DNA of 64,000 bases, taken from NCBI GenBank assembly GCA_963748215.1, contig CAVVHS010000006.1:928001-992000 (forward strand), in the 5' to 3' direction. Each line of letters begins with the position of its first letter. The stretch's first letter is position 1. Shown here one piece after another: positions 56,338-64,000 of this stretch. This stretch comes from an uncultured Gammaproteobacteria bacterium. GTDB lineage: Bacteria > Pseudomonadota > Gammaproteobacteria > UBA9214. Under the pieces are notes generated by a model. That model saw only the letters and a list, made by a program, of their open reading frames with translations, searched no databases and had not been told where the DNA came from. A program made the position numbers and the translations under genes.

Positions 56338-57609
56338 GTGGCACATTTCCTCGGCATCGACTTCGGCACCTCCGGCTGCCGCGCCTGCGTCATCGACGCC
56401 ACGGGAGCGACACTCGCTGAGACCCGCACCCCGCTGACGGCACCGCACCGCGCCGGTAGCGCGATCGAACAGGACCCGGCCCGGTGGTGGCAGGCGCTCA
56501 CCGACACCCTCGACGGGCTGGGCCGGCAGTTCCCGCTGGGCGGTATCGCGGCGCTGTGCATCGACGGCACCTCCGCCACCCTGCTGGGCTGCGCCGCGGA
56601 CGGCACACCGCTGACGCCGGCCCTGATGTACAACGACTCCCGCGCCATCGCCGCGGCACAGCGCATCCACACCCACGCCCCGGCCGCGAGCGCCGCACAC
56701 GGCGCCAGCTCCAGCCTGGCGAAGGCGCTCTGGCTGCTGGAGATGGACCACGGCACGGCCATTCACCGCGTCCTGCACCAGGCCGACTGGCTGCTGGGCC
56801 GGCTGTGCGGACGTTTCGAGTGCAGTGACGAGAACAACGCCCTCAAGCTCGGCTACGACATCCTCGAACGCCGCTGGCCCGACTGGCTGGACGCGCTCGA
56901 CATGCCGCGCGCAGTGCTGCCGCGGGTCGTGCCGGCCGGCCGGCCGATCGGCACCCTGCTGCCCGAATGGTGCGCACGCTGGGGCATGCCGGCCGGCACC
57001 GTCATCGCCAGCGGTACCACCGACAGCACGGCCAGCTTCATCGCCACCGGCGCCGGCCCGGGCGAGGCGGTCACGGCGCTGGGCAGCACGCTGGTGCTGA
57101 AGGTGCTGGCCGAGTCGCCGCTATTCGCACCGCGACTCGGCATCTACAGCCACCGGCTCGGTGATCACTGGCTGGCCGGCGGCGCCTCCAACAGCGGCGG
57201 TGCCGTACTGGCGCAGTACTTCACGGCGGATGAGATCGCACGCCACACGCGCAGCCTGCGACCGGACCAGCCGACCGGGCTCGACTACTACCCGCTGCCC
57301 GCGCCCGGCGAGCGCTTCCCGGTCAGCGATCCGCAACTGGCGCCGCGCCTGACACCGCGCCCGGCGAGTGATGCCGTGTTCTTCCAGGCTATCCTGGAAG
57401 GGATCGCGGCCATCGAGGCCGAAGGCTACCGCCAGCTGGCCGCGCTGGGTGCGCCCTACCCATCGCGCGTCCTCAGCACCGGTGGCGGCGCCGTGAATCC
57501 AGGCTGGACCCGGATTCGGGAACGCCGCCTGGGTGTCCCGGTGGCCGCGGCCGAACACCAGGAGGCCGCCTACGGCGCGGCGTTGCTGGCGATGCGGGCG
57601 GTGGCCTGA
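56338..57609 (+). CDS. FGGY carbohydrate kinase (D-ribulokinase-like)
   Basis: GIDFGTSG, DGTSAT, SDENNALKLGYD, GTTDS, LGSTL, GGASNSGG. Confidence 0.85.
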   Translation: MAHFLGIDFGTSGCRACVIDATGATLAETRTPLTAPHRAGSAIEQDPARWWQALTDTLDGLGRQFPLGGIAALCIDGTSATLLGCAADGTPLTPALMYNDSRAIAAAQRIHTHAPAASAAHGASSSLAKALWLLEMDHGTAIHRVLHQADWLLGRLCGRFECSDENNALKLGYDILERRWPDWLDALDMPRAVLPRVVPAGRPIGTLLPEWCARWGMPAGTVIASGTTDSTASFIATGAGPGEAVTALGSTLVLKVLAESPLFAPRLGIYSHRLGDHWLAGGASNSGGAVLAQYFTADEIARHTRSLRPDQPTGLDYYPLPAPGERFPVSDPQLAPRLTPRPASDAVFFQAILEGIAAIEAEGYRQLAALGAPYPSRVLSTGGGAVNPGWTRIRERRLGVPVAAAEHQEAAYGAALLAMRAVA

Positions 57610-57674
57610 ATAAACATTTATCATGCGTGAAGCTGTCAGATGACTTCACGCATTGAAATACATGTTGTATTGCT

Positions 57675-58193
57675 GGTTTCGCCCGTCGGGCGAGATACTT
57701 TTCTTTGCTTCGCCAAAGAAAAGTACCCAAAAGAAAGGCGATCCCGGAGGCTTGCCCGAAAAGACATCTTCGATGACTTTTCGGGTTCCCTGCGCTTCTC
57801 GCCGGTTTGGGCGCTCGCCGAACTCGCAGGATTTGCCGCGCCTTCCGGCTAGCAAATCCAGCTCGACACGGCGGCTCGCTCAATCCCAAACCGGCTGCGA
57901 TGCTCGGCAGCGCCTGACGGGGCTTGATGCGGCCACCCCCGGTCCCGTTGCCCGCGCCGAGTACCGCAGCCAGGCCGGGATACAGGCGCGCACCTTGTCC
58001 GAGGCAAGCCTGAGCGGGATTTCAATCCCGCTCAGGCTCCGAGTTGTGCGCGCCCCCGGCTTGGCGAGGAACGCAGGGCAAGGCTGCGTAGCGGCCTTGT
58101 AGTACAACCCGGCGCGAGCATCGGGTGCCCTTCTCTTTGGGTACTTTCTCTTGGGCACACAAGAGAAAGTACCTCGCCCTTCAGGGCGAAACC
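57675..58193. mobile_element. About 520-bp highly structured non-coding MITE-like element
   Basis: About 75-bp imperfect inverted arms ggtttcgccc..gggcgag.tacttttctttg..aaagtacccaaa / tttgggtactttctcttg..aaagtacctcgccc..gggcgaaacc; internal palindrome agcctgagcgggatttcaatcccgctcaggct. Confidence 0.75.
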
Positions 58194-58317
58194 TGACAGG
58201 CATCCCGATTAAAACCAGGATCACGCTCGCGGAACGCTACAGACACGCCAAAGCCTACAATGCTTGATTCACAGATAAAGACTACACCCGGTATGATCCA
58301 GTTAAGGTAATCGACAT

Positions 58318-59058
58318 ATGGCCAGCAAACACTCCGGAATGCATTACCTGCTGCAGGGACTCGGGCTGATACGCCAGACCGGGCTGCGCGCCTATGTGAT
58401 CGTACCGGTACTGGTCAGTGTGCTCTGCTTCGGCGGCGCGATTTTCGGCCTGTTCTACTGGCTGGACAGTCTGCTTGGTCCCCTGCTCGGCAAGCTGCCG
58501 GCGTGGCTCGACTGGCTGCGCTACCTGCTCTGGCCGCTGTTTGCGCTGACCTGCGTGCTGGTCGTGTTCTACGGTTTTTCGATCCTCACCAACCTGCTGG
58601 CGGCGCCGTTCAACGGCATGCTGGCCGAGGCCGTCGAACAGCATCTCACCGGGCAGCCGATCGACACCGGCGGCTGGCGTGCGCTGGTGCGGGACATCGC
58701 GCCCAGCCTGTTCTCGGAACTGCGCAAGCTGCTGTATTTCGTGCTGCGCGCCCTGCCGCTGGGACTGCTGTTCCTGATCCCCGGCATCAATGTCGCGGCG
58801 CCGTTTCTCTGGGCGCTGTTCAGCGCCTGGATGCTCGCCATCGAATACCTCGACTACCCGATGGCGAATCACTCGCTGCACTTCGCCGCGCAGCGCAAGC
58901 TGTTGCGCGGCAACCGCCTGCTGGCCTACGGCTTCGGCGGCAGCACGCTGTTGCTGACCATGATCCCGGTGCTGAACTTCATCGCCATGCCCGCCGCGGT
59001 GGCCGGCGCAACCGCGCTGTGGGTAGAGGAATTCCGGGACCGGTCACCGGATTTGTAG
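58318..59058 (+). CDS. cysZ: Sulfate transporter CysZ (EI24 family)
   Basis: NLLAAPFNGMLAEAVE, WMLAIEYLDYP, PAAVAGAT. Confidence 0.9.
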   Translation: MASKHSGMHYLLQGLGLIRQTGLRAYVIVPVLVSVLCFGGAIFGLFYWLDSLLGPLLGKLPAWLDWLRYLLWPLFALTCVLVVFYGFSILTNLLAAPFNGMLAEAVEQHLTGQPIDTGGWRALVRDIAPSLFSELRKLLYFVLRALPLGLLFLIPGINVAAPFLWALFSAWMLAIEYLDYPMANHSLHFAAQRKLLRGNRLLAYGFGGSTLLLTMIPVLNFIAMPAAVAGATALWVEEFRDRSPDL

Positions 59059-59120
59059 GAGCGCTTCGCAAGTTCGAGCTTTTCCGGACAGAAAGATCGC
59101 GGACGCGGTCCGCTCCTACA
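59053..59120. repeat. GTAG REP pair supplying the stop codons of both convergent genes
   Basis: tgtaggagcg ... cgctcctaca; TAG at 59056-59058 and CTA at 59116-59118. Confidence 0.8.
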
Positions 59121-60270
59121 ACAGATATGCCTGCAGGCGTCGCACGCCTTCCTGCAGGTTTTCCATCGAAGTCGTGTAGGCGAAGCGCACATGCCGCTCC
59201 GGGCTGTTGGTGCCGAAGTCGATACCGGGCGTGATCGCCACGCCCGCCTCTTCCAGCAACTGCTGCGAGAAGGCAAAGCTGTCCGCGGTAAAACGGCTGC
59301 AATCGGCATACAGGTAGAAGGCCCCGGCCGGCGTCACAGGGATGTCGAAACCGAGTTCGCGCAAGGCCGGCAACAGGAAATCGCGGCGCTGCCGGAATTC
59401 CTCGCGGCGCTGTTCCAGGATCGCGAGGGTATCCGGCTCGAACGCGCGCAGTGCGGCGTGCTGTGACAGCGTCGGCGCGGCGAGAAACAGGTTCTGCGCC
59501 AGCTTGTCGAGTTCCGGCACCAGCGCCTGCGGCGCCACCAGCCAGCCCAGCCGCCAGCCGGTCATGCCGAAATACTTGGAGAAACTGTTGATCACGACAA
59601 TCTCCTCGGACACGGCCAGCGCCGTGGGGTTGGCCGCATCGTAGACCAGGCCGTGATAGATCTCGTCGACGATCAGACTGCCGCCCTGTGTCTGCGCGAT
59701 CGCCAGGTACTCGCGCAGCGTGGTGGCATCGAGGAGGCTGCCGGTCGGATTCGAGGGCGAAGCCACCAGCAGGGCTGCGGTCTGCGCGTTCCAGTTATCG
59801 CGCACCTGCCGCACGGTCGGCTGGTAGCTGGATGCGGCATCGACCGGCAGGCTGACCGGTTCGCCGCCTAACAGGTGGACGAAAGTACGATTGCAGGGAT
59901 AACCCGGGTCGGCCAGCAATACACCATCGCCCGGGTTGACCAGCGCCGCCAGCACCAGTTGCAGCGCCGCCGAGGCGCCGGGTGTCACGACGATGCGCAC
60001 CGGGTCGACCTCGACGCCGTAGCGCGTGCCATAGAACGCGGCGATGCGCCGGCGCAACCCGGGCAGACCGGTCGCCGGGGTGTAGTGCGTGTGCCCTGCC
60101 GTCAGCGCGGCATGCCCGGCATCGATGACCGGTTGCGGCGTGACGAAATCCGGCTCGCCGATCTCCATATGGATAATTGAGCGCCCTGCCGCTTCCAGTT
60201 CGCGTGCGCGCGCCAGCAGTGCCATGACGTGAAACGGCTGGATGACCTGCATGCGACGTGCGATCTTCAT
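59116..60270 (-). CDS. PLP-dependent aminotransferase class I/II
   Basis: IGEPDF, SPSNPTG, DEIYHGL, NSFSKYFGMTGWRLGW. Confidence 0.92.
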   Translation of the reverse strand: MKIARRMQVIQPFHVMALLARARELEAAGRSIIHMEIGEPDFVTPQPVIDAGHAALTAGHTHYTPATGLPGLRRRIAAFYGTRYGVEVDPVRIVVTPGASAALQLVLAALVNPGDGVLLADPGYPCNRTFVHLLGGEPVSLPVDAASSYQPTVRQVRDNWNAQTAALLVASPSNPTGSLLDATTLREYLAIAQTQGGSLIVDEIYHGLVYDAANPTALAVSEEIVVINSFSKYFGMTGWRLGWLVAPQALVPELDKLAQNLFLAAPTLSQHAALRAFEPDTLAILEQRREEFRQRRDFLLPALRELGFDIPVTPAGAFYLYADCSRFTADSFAFSQQLLEEAGVAITPGIDFGTNSPERHVRFAYTTSMENLQEGVRRLQAYLL

Positions 60271-60283
60271 CTCTCGCACTCCA

Positions 60284-61057
60284 TCAGTCGTGCACGGCCC
60301 GTGCGTGCAGTCGCTTGAGAAACGCGGCATCGACCATGCCGTCCGGCTGTGGCCCGCCCGCCAGCACCGAGCAAGGCATGCCGGGCTCGCCCAGGTGATC
60401 GAGCACCAGTGCTGCCCCGGTAAAATCCTGTTGCGCGGTATAGGGATTGACGGTCACCAGCGTGACCACCCCGGCGGCCAGCGCGGACTGCAGACCGTTG
60501 AGCGAGTCCTCGATAGCGATGCAGGCCTGCGCCGGCAGGTCCAGTTGCGCCAGTGCGTAGTCATAGATATCCGGGGCCGGCTTTTTGCTCGGCACGACGC
60601 TGCCGGCGGCAATCACCTCGAACCAGTCGTGCGCCGCCTCGCTGAACGAATGCTCGAGCAGGGCGGTGATATTGTCCGGCGTCGTGGTCGTGACAATGGC
60701 CAGGCGCAGCCCGGCGGCACGGATGTCCCGCAACAGGCGCTCCACGCCTGGCCGCAGCGGCACCTTGCCGCTGGCCAGCGCCCCGACGTAATAGCCGGTC
60801 TTGCTCTGGTGCAGACCGGCAATGAAGCCATCGGCGTCATCAGGAAAAACGAACCCGGGCCTTTCGCGCTGCAGGTAGTAGCGGATGCGCTCCTTGCCGC
60901 CGGTCACGGCCAGCAACTCGTGATACAGCTCACGATCCCATTCCCAGTCGAGCCCTGCCGCGGCAAACGCCGCATTGAAGGACTGGCGGTGAATCTCCTC
61001 GGTGTCTGCCAGCGTCCCGTCCACGTCCAGCAGCACGGCTTGCAATTCATGTTTCAT
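60284..61057 (-). CDS. cbbY: CbbY-like HAD phosphatase
   Basis: DVDGTLADTEEIHRQSFNAAF, LLAVTGGKERI, LRPGV, KKPAPDIY, IEDS. Confidence 0.82.
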   Translation of the reverse strand: MKHELQAVLLDVDGTLADTEEIHRQSFNAAFAAAGLDWEWDRELYHELLAVTGGKERIRYYLQRERPGFVFPDDADGFIAGLHQSKTGYYVGALASGKVPLRPGVERLLRDIRAAGLRLAIVTTTTPDNITALLEHSFSEAAHDWFEVIAAGSVVPSKKPAPDIYDYALAQLDLPAQACIAIEDSLNGLQSALAAGVVTLVTVNPYTAQQDFTGAALVLDHLGEPGMPCSVLAGGPQPDGMVDAAFLKRLHARAVHD

Positions 61058-61143
61058 CGATTACCCCACTTTGTAGTGCTCCGGCACGACCCGTTCACGG
61101 CAAATACCGGCAAACAGGCCGTTTTTACAGCCTGCCCGTATCC

Positions 61144-61171
61144 TTGACTAATGGTAAAAGTGGCGTATAAA
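61144..61171 (+). promoter_or_regulatory. Putative sigma70 promoter of dksA
   Basis: TTGACT-16 bp-TATAAA. Confidence 0.45.
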
Positions 61172-61283
61172 TAACGCCCCTGTAATGGTTCCCCGCCGGA
61201 TATGATACCTGAGCGCGGCAATAATTGAATCGAAATATCAACTCAAACAGTGAGTTAAAAAGCACCACGCGGAGAGCTTCCAG

Positions 61284-62024
61284 ATGGCTGTTAAAAAGAA
61301 GGCAGTAAAGTCAAAGGCAACGAAGAAGAAGACCGTCTCCAGGGCAAAGCCGGCCAGGAAAACAACAGCAAAGAAAGCCGCCCCTGCCAGGAAAGCCGCA
61401 CCGAAAAAAGCCGCATCGAAAAAAGCCGCACCTGTAAAAAAAGCCGCGCCGAAAAAAGCTGCCCCTGCAAAGAAAGCCGCACCGAAAAAGGCCGCACCTG
61501 TAAAGAAAGCCGCGCCGAAAAAGGCCGCCCCTGCCAGAAAAGCCGCGCCGAAAAAGGTCGCCACATCCACCCGTGCAGTCACGACGGCACGGAAGAAAGC
61601 CAGCGGGCAGATCGGACCCGTGCCCGGCATCGCGGCGTATGCCGAAAAAAGGGGCGAGGAATACATGAATGACAAACAGGTCGCGCACTTCCGCAATATC
61701 CTCCAGGCCTGGAAGCGCAGCCTGATGGAAGAAGTCGACCGTACCGTGCACCACATGCAGGACGATGCCGCGAATTTCCCGGACCCGAACGACCGTGCAA
61801 CCCAGGAATCCGAATTCAGCATGGAACTTCGCGCACGTGACCGCGAGCGCAAGCTGATCAAAAAGATCGAAGAATCGATTCGACATCTCGACAACGACGA
61901 CTTTGGTTACTGCGAGGCCTGCGGCGTGGAAATCGGCGTCAAGCGGCTCGAGGCACGTCCGACCGCGACACTGTGCATCGACTGCAAGATCCTCGACGAG
62001 ATCCGCGAAAAGCAGATGGGCTGA
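61284..62024 (+). CDS. dksA: RNA polymerase-binding protein DksA with N-terminal histone H1-like repeats
   Basis: EEYMND, FPDPNDRATQE, CEACG..CIDC Zn finger; KKAAP repeats. Confidence 0.95.
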   Translation: MAVKKKAVKSKATKKKTVSRAKPARKTTAKKAAPARKAAPKKAASKKAAPVKKAAPKKAAPAKKAAPKKAAPVKKAAPKKAAPARKAAPKKVATSTRAVTTARKKASGQIGPVPGIAAYAEKRGEEYMNDKQVAHFRNILQAWKRSLMEEVDRTVHHMQDDAANFPDPNDRATQESEFSMELRARDRERKLIKKIEESIRHLDNDDFGYCEACGVEIGVKRLEARPTATLCIDCKILDEIREKQMG

Positions 62025-62050
62025 CGGCCCCGTCGCTGTGCCACATGGAC

Positions 62051-62076
62051 AAAGCCGGCCCGCGCCGGCTTTTTCA
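62051..62076 (+). terminator. Rho-independent terminator after dksA
   Basis: aaagccggc-ccgc-gccggcttttt. Confidence 0.7.
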
Positions 62077-62105
62077 TTGATCGAGGACATGGCTCCGATT
62101 CGCAC

Positions 62106-63041
62106 ATGACATTTACCCCGGACTACCGCGGCCGTTTCGCGCCTTCACCGACCGGCCCCCTGCATTTCGGGTCGCTGGTCGCCGCCGTTGGCAGTTACCT
62201 CGATGCGCGCCATTACCAGGGGCGCTGGCTGGTTCGCATGGAAGACCTCGACCCGCCGCGCGAGATGCCCGGCGCCGGGGACCTGATTCTGCGCACACTG
62301 GAAGCGTTCGGACTCGAATGGGACGAAACCGTCGACTATCAAAGCCGGCGCGGCACGCTGTACGATGCGGCGCTTGACCGGCTGGAGCGGGACGGTCACC
62401 TCTACCACTGTGCCTGCACGCGACGGGAAATCGCGGACAGCATGACAGGGCCGGACCGCAGCTCCGTCTATCCCGGCACCTGCCGCAACGGCCTGCCACC
62501 CGGCAGGCAGGCACGCGCCGTGCGAGTGCGCGTGTACGACTCGGCCATCAGCATGACAGATTTGCTGCAGGGTGGCATGACCCAGGCACTCGGAACGGCA
62601 GTTGGCGATTTCGTATTGCGCCGCGCCGACGGCCTCTATGCCTACCAGCTTGCCGTGGTGGTCGACGATGCCGAGCAGGGCATTACTCACGTCGTGCGCG
62701 GCGCCGACCTGCTCGGCTCGACGCCACGGCAGGTTTACCTGCAGCAACTGCTTGGCTACACCAGCCCCGCCTACCTGCATCTGCCGGTCGCCGTGAACGC
62801 CGGCGGCGAGAAACTCGGCAAACAGACCTTCGCACCGGCCATCCCGTCCACGCACGCGATCGACACCCTGCAGCAGGCACTGGCGTTCCTCAACCAGCCG
62901 TTGCCCGATGGCGCCCGGGATGCCACGGTGGCCGAATTGCTCGCGTGGGCCGCAACGCACTGGGACAGGCATGCCCTGCCCGGCCGGCGGCAGCTGGTGG
63001 CACCGGGAGTATTTCAACAAGTCACACCGGCAAGGCTATAA
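62106..63041 (+). CDS. gluQ: Glutamyl-queuosine tRNA(Asp) synthetase
   Basis: GRFAPSPTGPLHFGS, EDLDPPRE, YQLAVVVDD, RGADL; follows dksA. Confidence 0.93.
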   Translation: MTFTPDYRGRFAPSPTGPLHFGSLVAAVGSYLDARHYQGRWLVRMEDLDPPREMPGAGDLILRTLEAFGLEWDETVDYQSRRGTLYDAALDRLERDGHLYHCACTRREIADSMTGPDRSSVYPGTCRNGLPPGRQARAVRVRVYDSAISMTDLLQGGMTQALGTAVGDFVLRRADGLYAYQLAVVVDDAEQGITHVVRGADLLGSTPRQVYLQQLLGYTSPAYLHLPVAVNAGGEKLGKQTFAPAIPSTHAIDTLQQALAFLNQPLPDGARDATVAELLAWAATHWDRHALPGRRQLVAPGVFQQVTPARL

Positions 63042-63083
63042 TCGGCCCCTGTCAACCCGACACCAGCCCCAGCGGAGCAGAGT

Positions 63084-64000
63084 ATGTCCGAGAGCAAGAT
63101 CTACGATGTACCGGAATCATTCGCAAGAACAGCACACCTCGACGCAGCGCAATACCAGGCCATGTACCGGCAATCCGTCGAGGACCCTGACGGATTCTGG
63201 GCAGAGCAGGCCGGGAAATTCCTGACCTGGGAGCAGCGCTGGGACAAGGTGGTGGACGCGGATTTCAGCAAGGGCGACATCCGCTGGTTCGAGGGCGGCA
63301 AGCTGAATGCCTGCTTCAACTGCGTCGACCGGCACCTGGAAAAGCGCTCCACGCAGACCGCACTGATCTGGGAGGGCGACGACCCCGCCGACGACGCACA
63401 CATCAGCTACGGCGAACTGTATGAGCACGTCTGCCGCCTGGCCAATGCACTGAAGGCGCGCAACGTCGGCAAGGGCGACCGCGTCTGCATCTACATGCCG
63501 ATGATTCCGGAAGCGGTCTACGCCATGCTGGCCTGCGCGCGTATCGGCGCCGTTCACTCGGTGGTATTCGGCGGCTTTTCACCGGATTCGCTCAAGGGCC
63601 GCATTCTCGACTCGGACTGCCGGACCGTCATCACCGCCGATGAAGGCCTGCGCGGCGGCAAGACCGTACCGCTCAAGGCCAACGTCGACAAGGCGCTGCA
63701 GGGCTGCCCCGATGTACACAGCGTGATTGTCGTACGCCGCACCGGCAGCAGCGACGTGGGCTGGCACGAGGAACGTGATATCTGGTATCACGACGCGATA
63801 GCGGCCACGGAGGTCGAATGTCCGGTCGAATGGATGGATGCCGAGGATCCTCTGTTCATCCTCTACACCTCGGGCTCCACCGGCAAGCCGAAGGGTGTGC
63901 TGCACACCACGGGCGGCTACCTGCTGTACGCGGCCATGACGCACAAGTACGTGTTCGACTACCACGACGGCGATATCTACTGGTGTACCGCGGATGTCGG
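63084..64000 (+). CDS. acs: Acetyl-CoA synthetase, 5' part (runs off window)
   Basis: Manual translation [66 protein letters not shown]. Confidence 0.95.
   Translation, partial: MSESKIYDVPESFARTAHLDAAQYQAMYRQSVEDPDGFWAEQAGKFLTWEQRWDKVVDADFSKGDIRWFEGGKLNACFNCVDRHLEKRSTQTALIWEGDDPADDAHISYGELYEHVCRLANALKARNVGKGDRVCIYMPMIPEAVYAMLACARIGAVHSVVFGGFSPDSLKGRILDSDCRTVITADEGLRGGKTVPLKANVDKALQGCPDVHSVIVVRRTGSSDVGWHEERDIWYHDAIAATEVECPVEWMDAEDPLFILYTSGSTGKPKGVLHTTGGYLLYAAMTHKYVFDYHDGDIYWCTADV

Noticed and set aside
57473-58224. Several 70-150 aa ORFs
   Set aside because: Translations of the palindromic repeat element, not genes.

Overview
High-GC gammaproteobacterial chromosome segment, probably from a sulfur-oxidising autotroph (inferred from SoxW-like, CbbY-like and ribulokinase-like genes). 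It is mostly conserved core synteny: tyrA-hisC-pheA-serA-serC-gyrA-mtnA; mtaD-ubiG-gph-rmuC-yciK; rluB-scpB-scpA-trpS-S2P-yciO-PHP; yciB-yciI-bolA-PPIase; ligA-zipA-smc-queF; cysZ; dksA-gluQ-acs. Two accessory patches (about 15.8-29.7 kb and 39.9-48.6 kb) carry transporters, a CMD-Rieske fusion, a DUF211/VIT1/P-ATPase module, c-di-GMP signalling genes and pseudogenes. serA, serC and gyrA (2.6-7.5 kb) are broken by many frameshifts, most likely sequencing error. No rRNA, tRNA, CRISPR or intact transposase was seen. The most unusual signal is non-coding: intergenic regions hold several REP/MITE families. At 28.2 kb and 51.9 kb these contain tiny fixed-length inserts (48 nt and 42 nt) that nest inside each other, have a defined target, lack terminal inverted repeats, and (48-nt family) carry CsrA-type GGA hairpins.
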